DNA of 64,000 nt from an uncultured Verrucomicrobiae bacterium (GCA_963702845.1 OY969763.1:5472001-5536000); one strand, 5' to 3'. Shown: positions 30,695-42,088, counted from the first letter of the stretch. Numbers and translations are program-made. The notes: generated by a model from the sequence alone, not told the origin.

Positions 30695-33307
30695 ATGAAC
30701 TCTCTCGGAAACATCAAAACCGTCGCCAAACGCGAACTCGCCAGTTATCTCACGGCGCCGCTCGCTTATATTTTCGTCGTCATCTTTCTCGCCCTCACCG
30801 GATTTTTCACCTTCTCCATGGAGGAAAATCTGTTCCAGATGGGCCAGGCGAGTTTCTACTCGTTCTTCAAATGGCACCCATGGCTCTACCTCGTTTTCGT
30901 CCCCTGCGTCGGCATGCGACTCTGGGCCGAAGAACGCCGCGTCGGCACCATTGAACTCCTGCTCACGAAACCAATCACCCCGTGGCAAGCCATCGTCGGT
31001 AAATTTCTCGCCTCCTGGATTTTCCTCGGCTGCGCGTTGTTCCTGACCTTCCCAGTCGTCATCACCGTCAATTACCTCGGCTCGCCCGACAACGGCCTGA
31101 TTCTCGCCACTTACATGGGCAGCTTTTTGATGGCCGGTACTTATCTGGCGATCAGTTGCATGACTTCCGCGATGACCCGCAATCAGGTCATCAGCTTCAT
31201 TCTCTCCCTTGTCATCTGCATGTTCCTCGTCATGTGCGGCACGCCGACGGTTACTGATTACCTTACTCGTTTTGACAAAGCCATGGCTGGTCGATCTCGT
31301 TGCTTCGCTCAGCGTCATGACGCATTTCAAGCCTTTCACCGAGGGCTGGATCGATTCGCGCGACATCATTTTCTTCATCTTGATGATGGGCTTCGTCCTG
31401 TTCACCACCGCGGTCATTCTCCGCAGTTATCAAGCGGCGAGCGATAAGCTGACCAAAGGCAAAACTTCGAGCGCTTGCTATTATTCCACCGGCGGCGTGG
31501 TCGGGATGTTTGTCGTTATGGTGGCACTTTATATTATCAGCAGCGCTGGTCAATCTGCGCGCGGACGTAACTGCTGAAAAAGTTCACACGCTCACCCCGG
31601 GAACGAGGAAAATTCTGGCGCGCCTCGATTCGCGCGTCACCATGCGCTTCTATTGCAGCCAGGGCGAAACTGGTATGCCGCCCCAATTCAAAGCCTACGC
31701 CCATCGCGTTCAGGATTTGCTCAGTGAATATGTCGACGAATCCAAAGGCAAACTGCTGCTGGAAAAATATGATCCGCAGCCCGATTCCGAATCCGAAAGC
31801 GCCGCGACCTTGAACGGGATCGAAGGTCGTCCCGGACCGAACGGCGACAAAGTTTTTCTCGGGCTTGTTCGTCACTTTGTTGAACGAAAAATTTGCTATC
31901 CCTTTCCTGTCGCCTGATCGCGAGCGTTTGCTTGAATACGATATTTCCCGTGCCATTTCCCGCGTCGCTAGCCAAACCCGTCCCGCGATTGGTATTATGA
32001 GCGGACTGAAGGTTTTCGGTGAAGCATTCAACCCGATGATGCACGCTGACCAGGCACGCCGTGAAGACTGGGCTTTCGTTGCGGAATTGAAAAAAGATTT
32101 TCTGGTCGTTTCCGTCCCGCTCAAGCGACCAATATCGATGCGCATATCAAAATGCTCGTCGTGTATCATCCCGTCAACATCACGGACGCGTCGCAATATG
32201 CGATCGATCAGTTCATTATGAACGTGGCGGCAGAGTCATGGCCTTTCTCGATCCGCACGCCTACTTCGATCAGAACCACGACCGGATGAAGAAATTTTAA
32301 TATCAGCGGCGACAACGCAGCCAAATCAACTTTGGACAAATTGCTGAAAGCCTGGGGCCTCGAACATGGACACCGATCACGTGCTCGCGGATCGCTCCTT
32401 CGCAGGCCACAACAATCAAACCGGCGACATGATGCCGACATTATTGATGATTACTGCCGCCGGTATTAACTCTAAAGAAGCGGCCACCAGCCAAATCGAT
32501 AACTTATTCGTTCCCTTCGCGGGGGTGTTCACCGGCAAACCTGTTGATGGCTTGCAACTCACGCCGCTCATTTCCTCTTCCTCAAATTCGGAGATGGTTG
32601 ACTCGCTCATAGCCACCGCCGGGCTCGACATTCTTAAAGCATTCAAACCGTCAAACCAGGAGTTCCCGATTGCGCTGCGTTTGAATGGCAAATTTAAAAC
32701 CGCATTCCCGACAAACGGTGGTTTGAAAGAATCTACTGCTGCCGGTGAAGTCATTCTCGTTGCCGATACCGATATGCTGAACGACAAGATCACCGTGCGC
32801 ATTGAGGAAGTAATGGGCCACAGGGTCACGCGCCCGCTCAACGGCAATTTGAACCTGTTCCAAAGTCTCGTCGAACAGACGTCCGGTGACGACGACCTCA
32901 TTACCTCGCGCAATCGTGCCAGCATGAACCGTCCCTTCACCCGTGTGAAAGATATGGAAGCCCGCGCCGGTCGCGTTTGGGAAGAGAAGATGCGCGAACT
33001 CGAAACCAAGAAGCGCGAGATGAAAAAGAAAGTTGACGAATTGCAGGCACAAAGCAAGCCGGGCCAAAACGTTATTCTCACCTCCCAACAGGAGCGCGAA
33101 CTCGACGAGTACCAGCGCGAGCTCGCCGTTGTCGATAAAGAGTTGAAGAAAGTCGTGAAGAATTTGCGCAAAGACACCGATGCTCTCGAGTTCCGCGCCA
33201 AGGTGCTGAACATCGGCGCCATGCCGGTGATCGTTGCACTGTCCGGAATGTGCCTGGCAGTTGTCAAAACCCGCCGTCGCACGGCATTGTTGAAACGGGT
33301 AATATGA
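30695..33307 (+). CDS. GldF-like permease apparently fused to GldG-like ABC auxiliary component (several frameshifts)
   Basis: KRELASY, MRLWAEERRVGTIELLLT; then DVTAEKVHTLTPGT, LEYDISRAI, VADTDML, C-terminal coiled coil and TM. Confidence 0.75.
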
Positions 33308-34455
33308 GCCGGAAACAATTTATTCTTGTTCTGCTGGCGCTCTGCCTTATCGGCGGAGCGGGCTTGGCGCTTTTCAAACGCAACCAGAAGACCTGGAATG
33401 TCCGCGAAGCCAAGGTCGGCGAGTTCGTGATTCCGGATTTTCACCCCAACGACGTCGCCGCGATTCACATCAAAGAGGAATCCGATTTCCGCGTCATCCG
33501 CACGAACGGCATCTGGCGTGTGCCGGATCGTTACGATTATCCTGCAAACTTCAGACAGGTCAGCGAGCTTCTGCTAGATATCAAAAAGTTGAAAGTCATG
33601 CAGTCCGAAGTCGTCGGCCAATCCTTACGTGGCCGCGTAGATTTGAACGATCCCGGCAAGGGTCCGGGCTCTGGTGAGTTGGTTGAATTCGAAGACGCCA
33701 ACGGAAAAGTCATCGCCTCCCTATTGCTTGGCCGCAGACACGACCGTAAACAAAATGAAAACGAACCGCTTGGTATGCACGGCTGGTTCGATGGCCGTTA
33801 TGTTTTAATCCCGAGTGAACCGAATAATATTCTGCTGGTTCCGAACGAACTGCCCTCGGCTGCGCCCGACCCGGGCAGCTGGGTTGATCACACCTTTTTC
33901 AAAATCGAAAACCCAAAATTCATCAGCCTGGTTTCACCTGATCCCCAGAAGAATTGGCAACTCACCCGCGAAACGCCTACGGCAAAATGGACGATGGAAG
34001 GTTTGAGCGCCGGCGAATCGCTCGACATCGAAAAACTCGCGCAGGCAACTGAGATATGGGCGTTCCCGACTTTCCTAGACATGGGTTCGAACTTGCCCCC
34101 AGCGGTCACTGGTTTGGATAAGCCGACGATTATCACGGTCGTCACGTTCGACAACCTTGCCTACACATTGAAAGTTGGAAAGCAGACCCCAGCCGGGAAT
34201 CACATTATGACCGTGTCGGTTGCCGCGGACTTTTCGGCCGGCCGCAGTCCAAGCCCGGATGAAACCCTCGAGGATAAGAAGCGACTCGATGAAGAATTTC
34301 AGGCGAAAAAGAAAACATTGGAGGAAATAGTTGCCAAAGACCGCGCTTTCGCTTCGTGGATGTTCGTTGTCGATAGCTGGCTGGATGTAGTTCTCCGCGA
34401 CCGCAGTCAGTTGGTTACGGCCAAAGCCGCAACCCAGGAAGCCAGCCGGTTTTAA
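33304..34455 (+). CDS. DUF4340-like protein
   Basis: N-terminal anchor, WRV..RYDYPAN; usual position after GldG-like genes. Confidence 0.7.
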   Translation: MSRKQFILVLLALCLIGGAGLALFKRNQKTWNVREAKVGEFVIPDFHPNDVAAIHIKEESDFRVIRTNGIWRVPDRYDYPANFRQVSELLLDIKKLKVMQSEVVGQSLRGRVDLNDPGKGPGSGELVEFEDANGKVIASLLLGRRHDRKQNENEPLGMHGWFDGRYVLIPSEPNNILLVPNELPSAAPDPGSWVDHTFFKIENPKFISLVSPDPQKNWQLTRETPTAKWTMEGLSAGESLDIEKLAQATEIWAFPTFLDMGSNLPPAVTGLDKPTIITVVTFDNLAYTLKVGKQTPAGNHIMTVSVAADFSAGRSPSPDETLEDKKRLDEEFQAKKKTLEEIVAKDRAFASWMFVVDSWLDVVLRDRSQLVTAKAATQEASRF

Positions 34456-34484
34456 GTTTTCAGCCGGTGGAACGCAGAAGAGAC

Positions 34485-35486
34485 CTACTGCTTAAAGACG
34501 CTAATTGTCACCGGCACTTCCATCAAAGGCAAAGACTGCAGCGAAGTTTCCAGCGTCACCTTTCCAGTAACAAACCCGTGCGGCACTTCGTCAATCTTCA
34601 GCACCAGATCAAAAAGTTTTCCCGGCTCCTTCGCCACCACCCGCACACTCGTCCCTTTGATGCTGCTTTTCGCGCTCTTGATTTCGACGTCGTTCCCAAG
34701 AATCGACTTGAGCTGCACGCTTTTGGAGAGCGCCGTCGCCGGATACGCTTTCAAATCATTTCCCTGGTCTGCGAACATCCAATAAACTCCTTTTGGGGTC
34801 GCCGATAATTCCCCTTCAATTTCGCCAATCACCGTAATCGTGCGCACAGGTGTGTTCCCGTATTGCGAGTTCCACAGTTTCAACGTGCCCGTAAAATGCG
34901 GTGGCACTTGCGTTGAGCGTTTCACGGTTACATTGAGCAATCCTGCCTTCTCGTCCACGGCCGCACTGATCCATTCGTGTGATGTCGTGATGCGATCGAT
35001 GCCGAGCGGCTTGTCGTCAGCGCGGGTGATCGTGAGGCCTTCGGTCGCTTCGCCTTTGTCCGCCGGCACAGATACGCGGATGCTCTTGTCGGCAATCTGA
35101 TAAACCTGGTCGTATTCCAGTTGCGTCTTCAACGTGATGCTCGCTGTCTTTGGATCATTCGAAACGATCGTGATCGTTTTCGCGCCCTTCACCATCGGAT
35201 GATCCAAATTGATCTTGTAAGTGACAACGCCACTCTCGCCTGGAGCGAGTGTGTCTGGGGTTTCTTTTGCGTCGGTGCAACCGCAACTTGGTTGGGGCGG
35301 ACCAAGCTTCAGAACGTCATCGCCAACATTTTTGAATTTGAATGACCCGGAAACGGATTCAACTCCGGCCAGATGTCCGAAGTCGAAAAAGTTCGTTTCA
35401 AACTGAATCTTTGGAATGGCCTGCAATGCCGCAGGCCAAGCCAGGCAAGCCACAGTGGCAACGAGACAAAGAGAACGAATCTTCAT
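34485..35486 (-). CDS. Secreted DUF1573-domain protein
   Basis: FDFG...FKFKNVG...PSCGCT...LAPGE...VSNDP. Confidence 0.85.
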   Translation of the reverse strand: MKIRSLCLVATVACLAWPAALQAIPKIQFETNFFDFGHLAGVESVSGSFKFKNVGDDVLKLGPPQPSCGCTDAKETPDTLAPGESGVVTYKINLDHPMVKGAKTITIVSNDPKTASITLKTQLEYDQVYQIADKSIRVSVPADKGEATEGLTITRADDKPLGIDRITTSHEWISAAVDEKAGLLNVTVKRSTQVPPHFTGTLKLWNSQYGNTPVRTITVIGEIEGELSATPKGVYWMFADQGNDLKAYPATALSKSVQLKSILGNDVEIKSAKSSIKGTSVRVVAKEPGKLFDLVLKIDEVPHGFVTGKVTLETSLQSLPLMEVPVTISVFKQ

Positions 35487-35494
35487 ACACGCGG

Positions 35495-36574
35495 TTATGG
35501 CGCCATGATGTGCAATGGAACCTCAAGTTTTGGAACCGACTCCAGCGTCGTCTCGAGGGTCACTTTGCCATCAATGAGGTTATGTGGGAGTTTTTCGAAT
35601 TTGATCACGAGGTCGAAAATCCTTCCGCCTTTGGGGACGACCTTCACGTTCAAGCCTTGGACATCAGTCGAGATCTTTTTGAATTCCACTGGCTTGCCCA
35701 GCGCAGAAACCAATTGAATGTGCCGCGACAAAGCTTGCTCCGAGTATTTAGTGATGTCATCACCCAGGTCCGCGAAAGCCCATTCCATCCGGGGCGGATC
35801 AGCGGTGATTTCGCCCTGAATCTGCCCACGAAGTTCGACTATTTTTGCCGAGTGATCGGATTGTTGCCCATTCCACAGCTCAACCTTTTCGTTAAAAAAC
35901 GATGGGGCATCCGGCGAGCGATGCACTGTGACAATAACGCGTCCCATGCTTTCCAAATGTTTCTGATTTGCATCGAACGGCGAACCGCCCGTCGGATCAT
36001 AGGCCGCGTCGAATTCAGCGGTGATCCATTGCTGTGAGGTGGAAATGTGATCGATGCCGAGGGCTTTGCCGTCCATGCGGTTGACGATAAACGTCGTCTG
36101 CACCTCGGCTTTGCCGGGCCGCAACAGCACGTTTAGTTTCGGCGGAGTTGTTTCGAACAACGGCGTGTAATCTAGCTGAATCGTGAGTTCGAGATCCGGG
36201 TTTTCGGGATCGTTCGAATGGACCTTGATAAAGCGTTGACCGCTGACGGCGTGGTCCATCTTGATACTGTAGGTCACTTGGCCTTCTGCACCGGGCGCCA
36301 GCTTGTCAGGAGAGATTTTCGCCTCGGTGCAATCGCAACTTGCCTGCGGGGCATCGAGCTTCAGTTCGGCAGTGCCGAGATTCTTGAACTTGAACGAGCC
36401 GATCAGTTTTTCCGAGGACGTGACTTTGCCGAAATCGAAGAAGTTCGTCTGAAATTTAATTTTCGGCGCTGACGGACTGGCCGCAGGAGCAGCGGTGTCA
36501 GCGGCGATGCAGAGGCAGCCGCTGGTCAACCCCAAAGTCATAAGCACAATGGTGCGACAAAGTTTTGTTTTCAT
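35495..36574 (-). CDS. Secreted DUF1573-domain protein (tandem paralog)
   Basis: FDFG...FKNLG...ASCDCT...LAPGAEG...SNDP; collinear with neighbour. Confidence 0.85.
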   Translation of the reverse strand: MKTKLCRTIVLMTLGLTSGCLCIAADTAAPAASPSAPKIKFQTNFFDFGKVTSSEKLIGSFKFKNLGTAELKLDAPQASCDCTEAKISPDKLAPGAEGQVTYSIKMDHAVSGQRFIKVHSNDPENPDLELTIQLDYTPLFETTPPKLNVLLRPGKAEVQTTFIVNRMDGKALGIDHISTSQQWITAEFDAAYDPTGGSPFDANQKHLESMGRVIVTVHRSPDAPSFFNEKVELWNGQQSDHSAKIVELRGQIQGEITADPPRMEWAFADLGDDITKYSEQALSRHIQLVSALGKPVEFKKISTDVQGLNVKVVPKGGRIFDLVIKFEKLPHNLIDGKVTLETTLESVPKLEVPLHIMAP

Positions 36575-36742
36575 GGTTAAGGTGCGTTCCATCATAAAGC
36601 AACTAGCGCCTGTAAGTGAACAAAATTTCGGTGCATACCTCGCAAATAGGGAAAACCATTAAGATGCGGTCGCGCTTCATCGTTGAAATTTATTGGCAGG
36701 AACGAAGCAAACGTTCAAAATAAGGGACAGTTCACCCGATCC

Positions 36743-38827
36743 ATGCCGGCCGTTACACAAACACTTCCGCCAAAAGCCTCCGCGTCTGCGACCGAACTGT
36801 CTCGAAGCCATTGGCACGCACGCCCGCAGATCATCATCGCGGCGCTGTTGGTGCTGGCGATTGTCGGCGTGTATGCGCAGGTCACGAAGTTCGATTTCGT
36901 CAGCGTCGACGATTTCGAATATGTCCGCGACAACTATGCCGTGAACAACGGCCTGTCCTGGGAAAGCTTCAAGTGGGCATTTACCCATAACGTCGCGGGC
37001 AACTGGCATCCGGTCACCATGCTTTCGCACATGCTTGATTGCCAAATTTACGGAGTCGTGCCGGGTGCGCATCACTACACGGCTGTTCTTCTGCACATCT
37101 CAAACACACTGCTGTTGTTTTTCCTTCTTCTGCGAATGACTCGAAGGCTGGCAAACAGCCTCTGGCCATGTGCATTTGCCGCGACACTTTTTGCATTGCA
37201 TCCGTTGCACGTCGAGTCGGTCACATGGATTTCTGAGCGCAAAGATGTGCTCAGTGGATTCTTTTTTATGCTGACGTTATGGGCGTATGTGCGCTATGCG
37301 GAAGCTTCAAGCGCCAAACGAAAAAGTGCGTCTCTGGATTTTGGCAATTGTCCCGCAACGCGGGATGGAGTTTGGAGCTTGGGACTTGGAGCGTTGAAGT
37401 GGTATGCGATTGCACTCGTGTGTTTCGCGCTTGGTCTCATGTCCAAACCGATGCTGGTCACGCTGCCTTGCGTTCTTGTGTTGCTCGATTGGTGGCCGCT
37501 CCAGCGGATCAATAAATTCAGCGTCCGTGCGTTCGGTTTAAGCGCGTTGGAAAAAATCCCATTCTTCGCGCTGACAGCCATCTTCAGTTTCATTACTGTC
37601 CATGCGCAAAAAAGCGCAAATGCGGTGGTTTCATTTCACGATTGGCCGTTGAAATCTCGGCTGGCAACGGCGGTCGTAGCATACGGGCAATACATCGGAA
37701 AAACGTTCGTGCCGACATCGCTCGGAGTCCTTTATCCGCACACCGACTTAATCAATTCGCAAGTCGCCGGGTTGACGATTCTCTTGGTTTTGATTTCGCT
37801 GGTGGCATTCCTTGTTGCCCGCAGCAAGCGTTACGCGTTCGCTGGCTGGTTCCTTTTTGTTGGTGTCTTGTTTCCTGTAAGCGGCATTGCGCAAGTTGGC
37901 GAACAGGCGTTTGCCGATCGGTTTAGTTACCTGCCGCACATTGGATTATTCATGGCAATCGGGTGGCTGTTATGCGAAGTGGCCGTCATTCGATCCAAGC
38001 TTCCGATAATCGTGGCGGCATTGGCGGCAGCTTGTATTCCAGTCACGTATTTTCAGGTGCAACATTGGTCGAACTCCGAAGCGCTCTTCCGCAACTCGCT
38101 GCGGGTTTCGGAAAAGAACGCGACGGCTCACCACTACCTCGGCGTCCTTCTTGATGCACAAGGCAAGACCAATGAAGCGATGCGGCATTTTTCGAGAGCA
38201 GTCGATTGCAATCCGGCCAACGTTATAGCGCGCTGCGGATTTGCTTATGGGTTACAAAGCCAAAACAAATTTGCCGAAGCCGCCCAGCAATACGAGGCCG
38301 CTTTGTTGGTTGAACCTGATAATGCCAAAGCTCATTACGGTCTCGCCGACACGTTGCTGAAGTTAAATCGCATCGGCGACGCCCTCACTCATTACTTACA
38401 AGCGTTGCGTATTCAGCCCGACATCGCCGGCGCACATTATCAACTCGGCACGGCCATGCTCAGCGGCAAACAAGACACTTCCGTTGCGCTTGCCTATCTG
38501 CGCAGCGCCGTCCACTTCGCGCCAGAGTGGACCGACGCATTGAACACGTTGGCTTGGGCTCTTGCCACTCACTCCGACCCGAAGGTTCGCGATGGCAAAG
38601 AAGCGGTGAAACTGGCCACGCGTGCGGTCACAATGACGCGTGGCAACGACCCGGGATTACTTGACACACTCGCGGCGTCCTATGCGGAAGCAAACAAATT
38701 TGATGATGCCGTCTATGCCGAAGAGCGCGCAATTCGGACTGCGAAGTTATCGAAGCAAACCAACGCTATCCCTGAGTTTGAATCGCATCTAAAGTCGTTC
38801 CAGGCGCAGAAACCATGGCGCGAGTAA
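36743..38827 (+). CDS. TMTC-like membrane protein (GT-C-type region plus TPR repeats)
   Basis: DD..YV, NWHPVT, HPLHVESVTWISERKDVL, MSKPM, ADRFSYLP, TPRs. Confidence 0.85.
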   Translation: MPAVTQTLPPKASASATELSRSHWHARPQIIIAALLVLAIVGVYAQVTKFDFVSVDDFEYVRDNYAVNNGLSWESFKWAFTHNVAGNWHPVTMLSHMLDCQIYGVVPGAHHYTAVLLHISNTLLLFFLLLRMTRRLANSLWPCAFAATLFALHPLHVESVTWISERKDVLSGFFFMLTLWAYVRYAEASSAKRKSASLDFGNCPATRDGVWSLGLGALKWYAIALVCFALGLMSKPMLVTLPCVLVLLDWWPLQRINKFSVRAFGLSALEKIPFFALTAIFSFITVHAQKSANAVVSFHDWPLKSRLATAVVAYGQYIGKTFVPTSLGVLYPHTDLINSQVAGLTILLVLISLVAFLVARSKRYAFAGWFLFVGVLFPVSGIAQVGEQAFADRFSYLPHIGLFMAIGWLLCEVAVIRSKLPIIVAALAAACIPVTYFQVQHWSNSEALFRNSLRVSEKNATAHHYLGVLLDAQGKTNEAMRHFSRAVDCNPANVIARCGFAYGLQSQNKFAEAAQQYEAALLVEPDNAKAHYGLADTLLKLNRIGDALTHYLQALRIQPDIAGAHYQLGTAMLSGKQDTSVALAYLRSAVHFAPEWTDALNTLAWALATHSDPKVRDGKEAVKLATRAVTMTRGNDPGLLDTLAASYAEANKFDDAVYAEERAIRTAKLSKQTNAIPEFESHLKSFQAQKPWRE

Positions 38828-38844
38828 ATTCGTCTAAGTCACCA

Positions 38845-40182
38845 ATGCGTATACGTTATTTGTTCTTTGTCGTTGTGCTGATGCTCGGTTGTATCGTTAC
38901 AAACGGCGCTTCTCGTCCGAACATCGTTTTTATTCTCACCGATGACATGGGCTACGGCGATGTGGGTTGTTACGGCGGAAAATTTGTGCCGACGCCGAAC
39001 ATTGATCGGCTGGCCACGCAAGGCACCCGGTTCACGCAATTCTATGTCGCCTCTCCGGTTTGTTCGCCATCGAGGACCGGGTTTTTGACCGGTATGTATC
39101 CGGCGCGTTGGAGGATTACGAATTATTTGCAGACTCGCGACGGCAACCGGGCGTCGGAACAAGCTGATTTCCTGGATCCCAAAGCGCCGTCGATCGCGCG
39201 CACGCTCAAAGCTGCCGGCTATGTCACAGGCCATTTCGGCAAATGGCACATGGGCGGCGGGCGAGACGTCACCAATGCGCCGCCGTTTTCAAAATACGGG
39301 TTTGATGAGCACGCGAGCACTTACGAAAGTCCCGAACCGGACCCGAACCTGACTTCGACGAATTGGATCTGGTCGGCTCACGACAAAATCAAGCGTTGGG
39401 AGCGCACCGGGTATTTCGTCGATCGGTCGCTGGATTTTCTGCGCCGCCATAAAGGCCAGCCGTGCTATGTGAACCTTTGGCCCGACGACGTACACACGCC
39501 GTGGGTGCCGCGTGGAACGGACTTGAATCAGCGGCACCATCCGGAAATTCAACGGACGTTCAAGCCGGTGCTCGCCGAGTACGACAAGCAAATGGGCCGA
39601 TTTTTGGACGGCCTGAAGAGTCTTGGATTGGAAAAAAACACGATTGTTATCTTCAGCAGTGATAACGGGCCGTTGCCGACGATGGATCGCGCGCGCGCCG
39701 GCGGGTTGCGCGGTGCGAAAGACAGCCTTTACGAGGGCGGCACACGCGAGCCGTTGATTGTTCGTTGGCCCGGCCATTTTCCTGCCGGTCGTGTGGACAC
39801 GAACGTGATCATCAGTGCGGTCGATTTCTTCCCGATGTTTTGCAAGCTGAGCGGAACGTCCCTGCCCAGCGGAGCGTTCGACGGGGAAGATATGAGCGCG
39901 AATTTTTTCGGCAAAATTGTTCAGCGCGGACATCCTCTTTTTTGGGAATACGGTCGTAACGAAACCTTCGGCTACCCAAGAGAATACCCGGGCCAAAGCA
40001 GTCCGAATGTTGCCGTGCGCGACGGCGATTGGAAGTTGCTCGTCAATGCCAATGGTTCGAATCTCGAACTCTACAATCTGCCGAATGATCAGTTGGAAAC
40101 CAACAACGTCGCTGCGAACAATCCCGAAGTTGCGAAGAGACTGAGCGCGGCTGCGTTGGCGTGGAGAAAATCCGTTCCGTAA
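38845..40182 (+). CDS. Sulfatase
   Basis: PNIVFILTDDMG, CSPSR, GKWHMG, SSDNG. Confidence 0.93.
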   Translation: MRIRYLFFVVVLMLGCIVTNGASRPNIVFILTDDMGYGDVGCYGGKFVPTPNIDRLATQGTRFTQFYVASPVCSPSRTGFLTGMYPARWRITNYLQTRDGNRASEQADFLDPKAPSIARTLKAAGYVTGHFGKWHMGGGRDVTNAPPFSKYGFDEHASTYESPEPDPNLTSTNWIWSAHDKIKRWERTGYFVDRSLDFLRRHKGQPCYVNLWPDDVHTPWVPRGTDLNQRHHPEIQRTFKPVLAEYDKQMGRFLDGLKSLGLEKNTIVIFSSDNGPLPTMDRARAGGLRGAKDSLYEGGTREPLIVRWPGHFPAGRVDTNVIISAVDFFPMFCKLSGTSLPSGAFDGEDMSANFFGKIVQRGHPLFWEYGRNETFGYPREYPGQSSPNVAVRDGDWKLLVNANGSNLELYNLPNDQLETNNVAANNPEVAKRLSAAALAWRKSVP

Positions 40183-40183
40183 C

Positions 40184-42088
40184 TTACACGGTGCGTCCGA
40201 ACTTTTTCTCCAATTCTTTGAAGTTCATTTCAATGATGGTCGGACGGCCGTGCGGACAAGTATAGGGCATCTGACAATGCCGTAAGTCCTCGATCAAATT
40301 TTCCAATTCCATTCCGGCAAGCACGTCGTTGGCTTTGACGGCGTGTCGACAAACCGTTTTTGCAATCACATGTTCGCCGAGACGCAACGTATTCACGCCC
40401 GCGCCGACGGATTTGAGGTCATCAACCAATTCCAAAATAAACCGGCGCGGATCGCTCACCTTTACAAAAGGCGGCAGGGCATCCAGCAAAAAAGTGCGCT
40501 CACCGAATTCACTGAGACCGACCCCGAGCCGGATGAGCGTCGGCAATTGTTCACGCAAAAAACTCGCATCGCGCGCGGCAAGCTCAACTGTCTCGGGCAA
40601 GAGCAGCCGTTGTGATGGCGCGCTGTCTTGTTGCTCGAGGCGCTGTAACATTTGTTCGAACAGGATGCGTTCGTGCGCGGCGTGTTGATCGAGCAGGACC
40701 AGACCGCGGTCGGATTCCAAAATGACGTACAATTTTCCGATCACACCAACCAACCTCAGCGGCACGTGCAATAATGGGACTGGGGCTTGTGATGGTTGGT
40801 TGACGATCGATGGCTGGATCGGCTGTGTTGGAATCTGAGGCGTAACTGATTCGGGCGGTTTTGGTGAAGGCCAGTTCGGCAGCGGCTTCGAAAGTTTTGG
40901 AAAATTTGGTAGCTCGATCGGTTCATGCTCCGGCGCCGAGGATGGTTGTGGTTCCAGCTTCAGAGGCGCTGGCGCGGTTGGCGCGGGAGGTTTTGCGGAT
41001 GCGATTTGCGGTGCTGCAACTGGTGCATGAAAATCCAGCAACGCTTTGCGTACCGCCCCGCTAACGATTTGCCGCACGGCACGTTCGTGATGAAATTTCA
41101 CTTCGCGCTTGGCTGGATGAATGTTCACGTCCACCTCACTTGCGTCCAATTCAATGAACAACGCGCAGACCGGATATCGGCTTTTCATCAACGCAGTGTG
41201 ATAGCCTTCGAGCAATGCGAAATTGATGCCGCGATTTTCCACAGGACGACGATTGACGAACACGTGCTGTTCATCGCGGGTTGACCGCGACACGCCGGGC
41301 GCGCCGATCAACCCCCAAACGTGCAGCGCTGGATCGACCGCCGACTCTTCCGCGGCCGCTTCTTCATCCACCGCACCAACCGGAAGGGTGCTCGTGAATG
41401 TCACCGGCAGGAGTTTCTGTTCGGCGCCGTACAATCCACGCAACCGCTCTCTCAACGCCGTGATTTTGTCTTCAGCCTTTACGCTCGGCAGTTGCCAAAG
41501 CATGCGCCCGTCTTTGATAAACTCGAAAGCAATCGCAGGATACGCCAGCGCCGCGAGGGTGAGATAATGCTGAATGTGCGCCGATTCCGTTTCTTCACTG
41601 CGCAAAAATTTCCGACGCGCTGGCAAATTGAAAAAGAGCTGTCGGACTTCAACGCTCGTGCCCGGCGCGCCGCCGCCGGCTTTGACCGTAACGATTTTGC
41701 CGCCGTTAACAATGATCTCGGTTCCTTCAATCACGCCGTCACGTTCACGGGTGTTGAGACTGAACCGGCTGACACTCGCGATGCTCGGCAACGCTTCACC
41801 TCTGAACCCCATGGTGGCGATCGCACTTAGATCTTCCGCGCGGGTAATTTTGCTGGTGGCATGGCGCTCGAGACAAAGCAGCGCGTCATCTCGGCTCATC
41901 CCGATGCCGTCGTCGCTCACACGAACAAGACTGCGACCACCGGCCTGGATCTCAACGGTGATGCGATTTGGTTTCGCATCAAGCGCATTTTCGACCAGTT
42001 CCTTGACGACGCTGGCTGGCCGCTCCACCACTTCACCGGCCGCGATCTGATTCGCGACATGTTCAGGCAAAAGACGGATGCGGTTCAC
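40184..42088 (-). CDS. mutL: DNA mismatch repair protein MutL
   Basis: NQIAAGEVVERPASVVKELVEN, GFRGEAL, DQHAAHER, CPHGRP. Confidence 0.97.
   Translation of the reverse strand: MNRIRLLPEHVANQIAAGEVVERPASVVKELVENALDAKPNRITVEIQAGGRSLVRVSDDGIGMSRDDALLCLERHATSKITRAEDLSAIATMGFRGEALPSIASVSRFSLNTRERDGVIEGTEIIVNGGKIVTVKAGGGAPGTSVEVRQLFFNLPARRKFLRSEETESAHIQHYLTLAALAYPAIAFEFIKDGRMLWQLPSVKAEDKITALRERLRGLYGAEQKLLPVTFTSTLPVGAVDEEAAAEESAVDPALHVWGLIGAPGVSRSTRDEQHVFVNRRPVENRGINFALLEGYHTALMKSRYPVCALFIELDASEVDVNIHPAKREVKFHHERAVRQIVSGAVRKALLDFHAPVAAPQIASAKPPAPTAPAPLKLEPQPSSAPEHEPIELPNFPKLSKPLPNWPSPKPPESVTPQIPTQPIQPSIVNQPSQAPVPLLHVPLRLVGVIGKLYVILESDRGLVLLDQHAAHERILFEQMLQRLEQQDSAPSQRLLLPETVELAARDASFLREQLPTLIRLGVGLSEFGERTFLLDALPPFVKVSDPRRFILELVDDLKSVGAGVNTLRLGEHVIAKTVCRHAVKANDVLAGMELENLIEDLRHCQMPYTCPHGRPTIIEMNFKELEKKFGRTV

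Noticed and set aside
32416..33468. Long alternative ORFs (also 58542-59699, 50570-51349, 864-1613)
   Set aside because: Shadow frames of well-supported genes with no recognisable motifs
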